From Poseidonia sp. (lineage in GTDB: Archaea; Thermoplasmatota; Poseidoniia; Poseidoniales; Poseidoniaceae): 64,000 bases of DNA. Below the pieces are notes generated by a model that ran no database searches, was not told the DNA's origin, and saw nothing but the letters and a program-made list of their open reading frames with translations. Location of the stretch: positions 51,932-115,931 of the forward strand of contig JASLVM010000002.1 in assembly GCA_030741355.1 (NCBI GenBank). Direction: 5' to 3'. Below are positions 59,601 to 64,000 of this stretch, piece after piece. The translations under genes and the position numbers were made by a program. How positions within the stretch are numbered: position 1 is the stretch's first letter; each line of letters opens with the position of its first letter.

Positions 59601-62600
59601 TTGGCGTTTGACAAGACGCTGTTGTCCCGCTGGACCAATCCCGAACCGTTGTCAGACGTGATCTGTCCGCTGATGTTGAAGGAGGTCCCTGCAACAGGGT
59701 TGGCGGTGATGCTATCGACGACCATGAAGGTCAACGAGCGAACGGTGATGCTCGTGAGGTTGGCACTCGTTGACAGCAGGTCGGTCGAACCGTTGAACGA
59801 CATCTGAACCACGATGAGTCCCAATGGGTGGTCGTAGGGGACGTTGAAACTGAAGTTTGCAAAGCCTTCACCGTCTGTGGTTTGAGGTGAGAGCCAAGTC
59901 TCATGGAACTGCAAGGCCACCTCATAACTTGAGAGCGGGGCAAACATGTCTGACGCTTCAACGAGTTTTGCTGACATGTTGATGTCGTTACCTCGGTTGA
60001 TGACGATGGCGTTCAACGGTTGCAGGTTCTCCAGGCGCGAAACACCCATGACTTGAATCGGGGATTGGGCCGTTGCCGTCAGGTAGAACGGCGACGATTC
60101 GTTGACGACGGTGATCACCAAGGTGTGAGGGCCACGGGTCGTGCCGTTGCCAGCGGTGTCCGTGGGCACGGTCATGTTGAAACTGCCGTTGTTGGTCGTG
60201 GCGAAGTTGCTGAGGAGCAATTCCTCAGGATTCTCCAACCAGAAGACGTTCAAGCGAACGGCGGAGATGAGTTGACGGCTCGAGTTCTCGGCGTCCTCTA
60301 CTTGTCCGACGACGTTGAAGGGAACGCCCGCCGTAACCGTACTGGGAACGGAGGTGAGGGAGATGTCGCTGGTCACCTGCACGGTGACGTTGATGATGGA
60401 CGAATTGCCGTAGCGTCGAGCATTTCCAGCGCTCAACGCCGCAGTGAGGTCGTCCTGAACAACGATTCCAACGTCGTAGTATCCCGGAGCGATGGCCGAT
60501 GGCGTGAAGGCAAACGTTGCGTTTCCTTCAGCATCCGTTGTGGCTGTGCCGAGGCTTTGGTTGGTGTTACCGTAATCCCAGATGTAGTCGACACTGGCAC
60601 CACTGATGTTGGAATTGTCAGCGATGTCCGTGATTTTGGCGTTAAACGATACCGTGTCGTTCATCTCGACAATGTACGCCGGACGTTCAGCTTCAACCAC
60701 GACTTCCGTGATGATACCGCCCAGCGTTGAGATGAGCGTCGGTGGGGCCGGAGGCAGTGATGTATCAACGAAGGTGTAGAAAGCACCACCAACGGGAGCC
60801 TGGGTGAGGAAGTCAAAGTCCACAACAAATTCGTAGGCATCCGAAGGAAGGTTGGTCGGCATCCGAATGGGGATATCGAAAGTACCCGTGCTGTTGTTCA
60901 GCGTTGACTGAGCAATATCGATGGGGCCTTGTTCGGTGAACAGGCTCACACTGATGAGCGTGGTGTTGTTGAGAACCGGGGTCAAGTAAACAGCATCAAA
61001 CACATCACCTACGAGTCGAGTCGAGTTGCCCATAAACGTCCAGTCTTGAGCGATGGAAAGGTTCCATCCGATATCAGCCATCACGCGTATGGACCCAAAG
61101 CCTGTGGAAGGTTGGTAGAAGTCCGAACCGTTGAACGAGATGCCAATCGGGTAATCACCTGAGAGCAAATTGGCGTCGAGTGGAAGAGCGATTTCGAGAA
61201 GGTCGAGTTCGGGGTCGACCGTCGTGTTGAACCACGAACCGTTGAAGGTGAAGTCGTAATTTCCAAGAATGTCTGCGCCTGCAGCGATTCCTCGATGGTC
61301 GTTGATTTGGACCGTAAGCAGCGCATCTTGACCTCGGACCTGTGCGGAGTCTTGAACCACGAACGTAAGCGAACCGCGCAAGAAATAGGGTGGATCCACC
61401 GTGAGATCTGCATCATCCGTTGCCGGAAGGGTCGAAGGGAAAAAGCGGAGACGCGTCTCTATCTCGCCCGCAGGGACCATCACGTTGGTGGGCATCAAGA
61501 ACTGAATCGAGAAGGTTCCCGTAACGCTCAGATTGAACAATTCCTCCCATTCATTACCTGAACCGTTGGCACGGATAGCGAACTGCAGGTCACCTGCCAA
61601 AGCTGTTGGCGTGGTACCCAGAGAGAGGGCGCTGCCGTTGACCCATACGTCGTCGCCCAGTAGGATGATCTTCTTGTCGGCAAGAGGACCTTCAATGGTG
61701 GCCGTGAGGTTCGGTGCTTCGGTCACGTTGAGCACGATTGAGGTGGTGGTGGGATTGAGATGGAAGGTGGAGGGCGTTGAACCCGGCACCGATGTGTCTT
61801 GCCAACCTGAAAAGCCGAGGGTCGCCGACAAATTCCCAAGGGTCTCGGCCTCGCTGAGGTTGAGTGTGAGCGTCCAAGAACCACTGGCATCGGTTTGAGC
61901 GGAGAAATTCTGAGCTCCGTCGACCGAGGAGGTGTAGGCCAACCAGATGGTTTGGTTGGGCATGTTGAAGATTTCATCCGTCGGTTCTTGAGCGAGCACC
62001 AGGCGTCCTTCAAGCACCGTGGTTGCGCCAGCACCGGCGATGGGGGCGTTGATGGCGAGCGGTGCGGTGTGATTGAGCGTGGCGTTATCGGTGAGGTTCA
62101 CGAACCCATCGAAAATGACACCGTCGTGAGAAACATAGCCCGATTGACGATGTTCAAGGACGATGTTGTGCATGCCAGGTGCCGTTGGAGCAGCCGGGAA
62201 GCCGGTGAGGGTGAAGGTGCCGTTCGCATCGGTGATGTTCTCGTCGAGGAGGCGTTCTTGAGTGGCTCCAGCACCGGGGACGAACGGAGCATCGGCAACG
62301 GGCGTGAGGTAGGAAAGAACACGAATATCCTGAATGGGTGTACCGTTGGCAACGTAGCGAAGTTGGCCGGTAACGGTGATGGTCTCGGTACCATCACGAG
62401 CCACGGTGAGGGTGGAGATGGTTTGATTGACCACCTCAACCTCTTCGGCTGGCGGACATGGGTCAAACGGAATCCATCCCAGGTCCGTGTTGCCGTTTGC
62501 ACTGTTCTGCTGAAGGCGAACTTCCGACCATGTGGTTGCATCCGTGGAATAGACCGCATATCCATCGCCGGTCCAGGTGCCACCAACATAACCGGTTACT

Positions 62601-64000
62601 TGTCGTGCTGGGAGGCCGGCGAGACGCGCCATGGTGACAAAGACCGTGTTGAATTCACGGCAAGAGCCTTCTTTGAGAGCCTCGAGAACGTTGAGGGAAA
62701 CATCAACTGGACTGGTGGTTCCAGAACCGTTGTAGTTTCGTTTGAACTCGGTCGTAGCGTTACCGTTGATGATGAAATCTTCGAGCGCAAGCGCCGTGCT
62801 GTACGCGTCGTTCGCACCGGCTTCACTGATGATGGCTGCGGTGATGTTCCCCACGTAGGAGTACTCACTGCTGGCGTTCGTAAAGCGCTCATCAACCAGC
62901 AACTCGTAAGGGAAGCCCTGGCCGGGAACGGTGGTGGAGGCCAGAGTTGACCAGTCAAAGTAGTACTCTGGCTGTTCGAAGAGGACTTGGTCAACAGCGC
63001 CATCAACCATCGACAGAATATGGGTGTCGTTGGAGCGAGAGATGTTGGCTGTCGGCTCGAAATAAAACGAGATGTTCGAGTAGGAGGCGGGTGCGGGTAT
63101 CTGTGCCGAAGTGATCGGTTGAGTGAACTGGACGTTCCATTGGACGGTTGAATTGGCAAAGGAGACCGGTGCGAGGTGAGTGAAATTGCTCATTGGCGCC
63201 GTCACCGTCTCGGAGGGATGGACACTGTCAAGATGCGCATAGGTCGTTCCGGTGTAGAAATCGTTGGTGATGGTGCGCCATCGGTGGTCAAGATCGAGGT
63301 CGACCGTACCCGAGGTGTTGTTGGCGTAAAACACGACACCGGTGTTCATCACGTCGTCGGTGGGGTCAAAGGGATCGAACGGCGACCCAGCACAGTTCAG
63401 GAACCAGAAGATGTCAGGACATTCCGCACCATCCAGCATTCCACCGCCGTCGGTATCGGGGTTGGTCCAGTCCGTTCCGGTTTGGTTTTCGACAGCATCC
63501 GGAATGCCGTCACCGTCAAAGTCGTCGGGTTGAATATCGTCTGAAGGGTCGTTTTCTGGATTCGTTCCGTCAAAGTACTCGCTTCGGTCATCAACACCAC
63601 CTTGATCCGTGTCGTATGACGTTGAGGTCGTGACCCAAACGTCCTGAGAACCGTTCGTGATGCCAATGTAAATCAAATCACAACCGGTGGTGTTCTCGAA
63701 ATAATTGTTCAAACCATCGCCGTCATCGTCCAAGAGGTTGGTGCACGGTTCGTTGGGGTCGGTGTTGTCTTGAATCTCATCGAAGTCGTTCACCCCGTCG
63801 GCGTCGCTGTCTGGAATACTGGGGTTGGAGAACCAACCAAAGGTACCCAAAAGTTCCTGCCAGTCGGCCAAACCATCACCGTCGGTGTCTTCGTAGTCGT
63901 CGTCACAGTATTGCTGGGTTGAGGAGATGGTTCCTGCGGCTATGGCAGCGGTATGGCAGAAGGAACCGTTTCGATTGGCGACATCGGTGGCGGTACCGGA
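56642..64000 (-). CDS. Giant (>2450 aa) surface protein with TSP3-type repeats, a transglutaminase-like core, many beta-sandwich repeats, a TM and a DUF4129-like cytoplasmic tail; 5' end is outside the window
   Basis: The track 'M' at 63871 is a TTG, and the frame stays open to position 64000 (my translation: ...SGTATDVANRNGSFCHTAAIAAGTISSTQQYCDDDYEDTDGDGLADW...). The transglutaminase core is EGSCREFNTVFVTMARLAGLPARQVTGY. There are at least 8 T(D/G)xxGxxxF beta-sandwich units. The TM is WWSYLLVLALAALVAGGVVMY, and the tail includes FETVREFEFAIRQAL...FEMARYS. Confidence 0.8.
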   Translation of the reverse strand, partial: SGTATDVANRNGSFCHTAAIAAGTISSTQQYCDDDYEDTDGDGLADWQELLGTFGWFSNPSIPDSDADGVNDFDEIQDNTDPNEPCTNLLDDDGDGLNNYFENTTGCDLIYIGITNGSQDVWVTTSTSYDTDQGGVDDRSEYFDGTNPENDPSDDIQPDDFDGDGIPDAVENQTGTDWTNPDTDGGGMLDGAECPDIFWFLNCAGSPFDPFDPTDDVMNTGVVFYANNTSGTVDLDLDHRWRTITNDFYTGTTYAHLDSVHPSETVTAPMSNFTHLAPVSFANSTVQWNVQFTQPITSAQIPAPASYSNISFYFEPTANISRSNDTHILSMVDGAVDQVLFEQPEYYFDWSTLASTTVPGQGFPYELLVDERFTNASSEYSYVGNITAAIISEAGANDAYSTALALEDFIINGNATTEFKRNYNGSGTTSPVDVSLNVLEALKEGSCREFNTVFVTMARLAGLPARQVTGYVGGTWTGDGYAVYSTDATTWSEVRLQQNSANGNTDLGWIPFDPCPPAEEVEVVNQTISTLTVARDGTETITVTGQLRYVANGTPIQDIRVLSYLTPVADAPFVPGAGATQERLLDENITDANGTFTLTGFPAAPTAPGMHNIVLEHRQSGYVSHDGVIFDGFVNLTDNATLNHTAPLAINAPIAGAGATTVLEGRLVLAQEPTDEIFNMPNQTIWLAYTSSVDGAQNFSAQTDASGSWTLTLNLSEAETLGNLSATLGFSGWQDTSVPGSTPSTFHLNPTTTSIVLNVTEAPNLTATIEGPLADKKIILLGDDVWVNGSALSLGTTPTALAGDLQFAIRANGSGNEWEELFNLSVTGTFSIQFLMPTNVMVPAGEIETRLRFFPSTLPATDDADLTVDPPYFLRGSLTFVVQDSAQVRGQDALLTVQINDHRGIAAGADILGNYDFTFNGSWFNTTVDPELDLLEIALPLDANLLSGDYPIGISFNGSDFYQPSTGFGSIRVMADIGWNLSIAQDWTFMGNSTRLVGDVFDAVYLTPVLNNTTLISVSLFTEQGPIDIAQSTLNNSTGTFDIPIRMPTNLPSDAYEFVVDFDFLTQAPVGGAFYTFVDTSLPPAPPTLISTLGGIITEVVVEAERPAYIVEMNDTVSFNAKITDIADNSNISGASVDYIWDYGNTNQSLGTATTDAEGNATFAFTPSAIAPGYYDVGIVVQDDLTAALSAGNARRYGNSSIINVTVQVTSDISLTSVPSTVTAGVPFNVVGQVEDAENSSRQLISAVRLNVFWLENPEELLLSNFATTNNGSFNMTVPTDTAGNGTTRGPHTLVITVVNESSPFYLTATAQSPIQVMGVSRLENLQPLNAIVINRGNDINMSAKLVEASDMFAPLSSYEVALQFHETWLSPQTTDGEGFANFSFNVPYDHPLGLIVVQMSFNGSTDLLSTSANLTSITVRSLTFMVVDSITANPVAGTSFNISGQITSDNGSGLVQRDNSVLSNANVLFSIDGQPTGFTATGGTVGVDGFWNATIRLTETFAAGSHLMEATYIPNVNFYVGSQNNTTFDSRGFSVMNFILPSLDGIGQPSLNDRTVRGEIVEFSVLLRDNQGLPLANQSVVVSLTSTLDGASPVQITVLTASNGSAWGNLTVPANMSVGPTGIHADYTGIAGTTGIVGTNASSFFVVLGETDVVIVDAPTVLVAGDLLVVNGTLLDDLGLVLQTNGVPSTAVVHLLIDGVPVASIETDSVSGAYTFSYVLPEDTAAGPHQITVEFRGGREWVDPVGYGDINNPEYYQPSSATVEFNVSVPTKILLLTATGDADRETTITIQGRLLDLVDNPLPNLTIEVWLGGQWLTNTTTDELGEFSAVHPVPADAPLGPVVLETRFTGTVAYLPSNASGLWEIFSPVLVTVDISSPVAVNQTVAITGSVVDNQLVGVPNHEVQLVVEGIVIATLTTDETGAFAFDWVVPDIFDFGNRTLVAESPPQGYYRGGEGNATFFLSHRSWVTLVFEDGIDATRGDTWELSGRLYDFDTVDRDGLVGFELLVKLDGNTLFATTTGADGEWSATVPATMDLERGEHTISVVFEGTQAHLAADAESGVRVWSDVIIQVDAGSNTNVVTRSDSVFQPIFYSGSVQEVGGSGEVFENLVLTIGNGSECSSGREGARCFSENAVVWSNGNFSLSATAPYWLDVGSQYFFLDVARNDTFYLNAASISQTVFVQVDAVITVNLLEVVEGEKENVGGSLTVIAEDTGAGVPVIDVLVYLYDENQSQLANRGSKTDENGVATFVFEADPPYGDADVWGELTMDIIVNDPRLSAQSIQGFETLRSEGFAVQYEFTEAQAETPWWSYLLVLALAALVAGGVVMYRRKQLADDLLKDAAEVFAYTAELLAAGDATREAIFTCYQDLCGLLQQRGFLRRDFETVREFEFAIRQALQGVSEDALTALDNTFEMARYSREEMGSQHQDVAAQALNRMSGEIAQIQKVPPR

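Overview
The window is a gene-dense archaeal chromosome segment of about 55% GC. Many adjacent genes have overlapping stop and start codons. Archaeal hallmarks are the RNA polymerase operon (rpoH, an unsplit rpoB, rpoA', rpoA'', L30e), PurP, an RNase P Pop5-like protein and an archaeal-type tRNA-Lys(UUU). The giant surface proteins rich in thrombospondin-type-3 (TSP3) repeats suggest a planktonic Thermoplasmatota (Marine Group II/Poseidoniales-like) genome; this is inference only. Housekeeping content includes a partial NTP-transferase, a DtxR-family regulator, PurP, an acyl-CoA carboxylase carboxyltransferase/BCCP cluster, the methylmalonyl-CoA mutase B12 subunit with MeaB, AsnB, GdhA and an XPD/DinG-like helicase. 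I found no CRISPR array, transposase or integrase. The observations most worth follow-up are: (1) A six-gene Rieske/cytochrome b operon at 26.1-32.4 kb, in which the cytochrome b C-terminal half is fused through extra TM helices and a ~270-aa outside domain to a complete HdrD-type module (2x[4Fe-4S] + 2xCCG). (2) An ~100-aa N-terminal module ([13 protein letters not shown]...AH.LA.DR) present on both RpoH and RpoA'', together with a ~145-aa Cys4 insertion in RpoA'. (3) The largest non-coding gap in the window (53674-54004), which holds six consecutive hairpins; two of them have exactly complementary 7-nt loops. (4) A divergent FtsZ/tubulin-like gene next to a TPR gene. (5) An AsnB gene translationally coupled to a rare GshA-type ligase-like gene. 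(6) An Mtq2/HemK-like methyltransferase fused to BirA. (7) A cluster of coiled-coil, GNAT and Roadblock genes. (8) Five large surface proteins: four carry TSP3 repeats, two of those also carry transglutaminase cores, and all are membrane-anchored, four by a C-terminal TM with an unusual cytoplasmic tail and one by an N-terminal TM. All functional calls come from motif recognition by eye. No database search was run.
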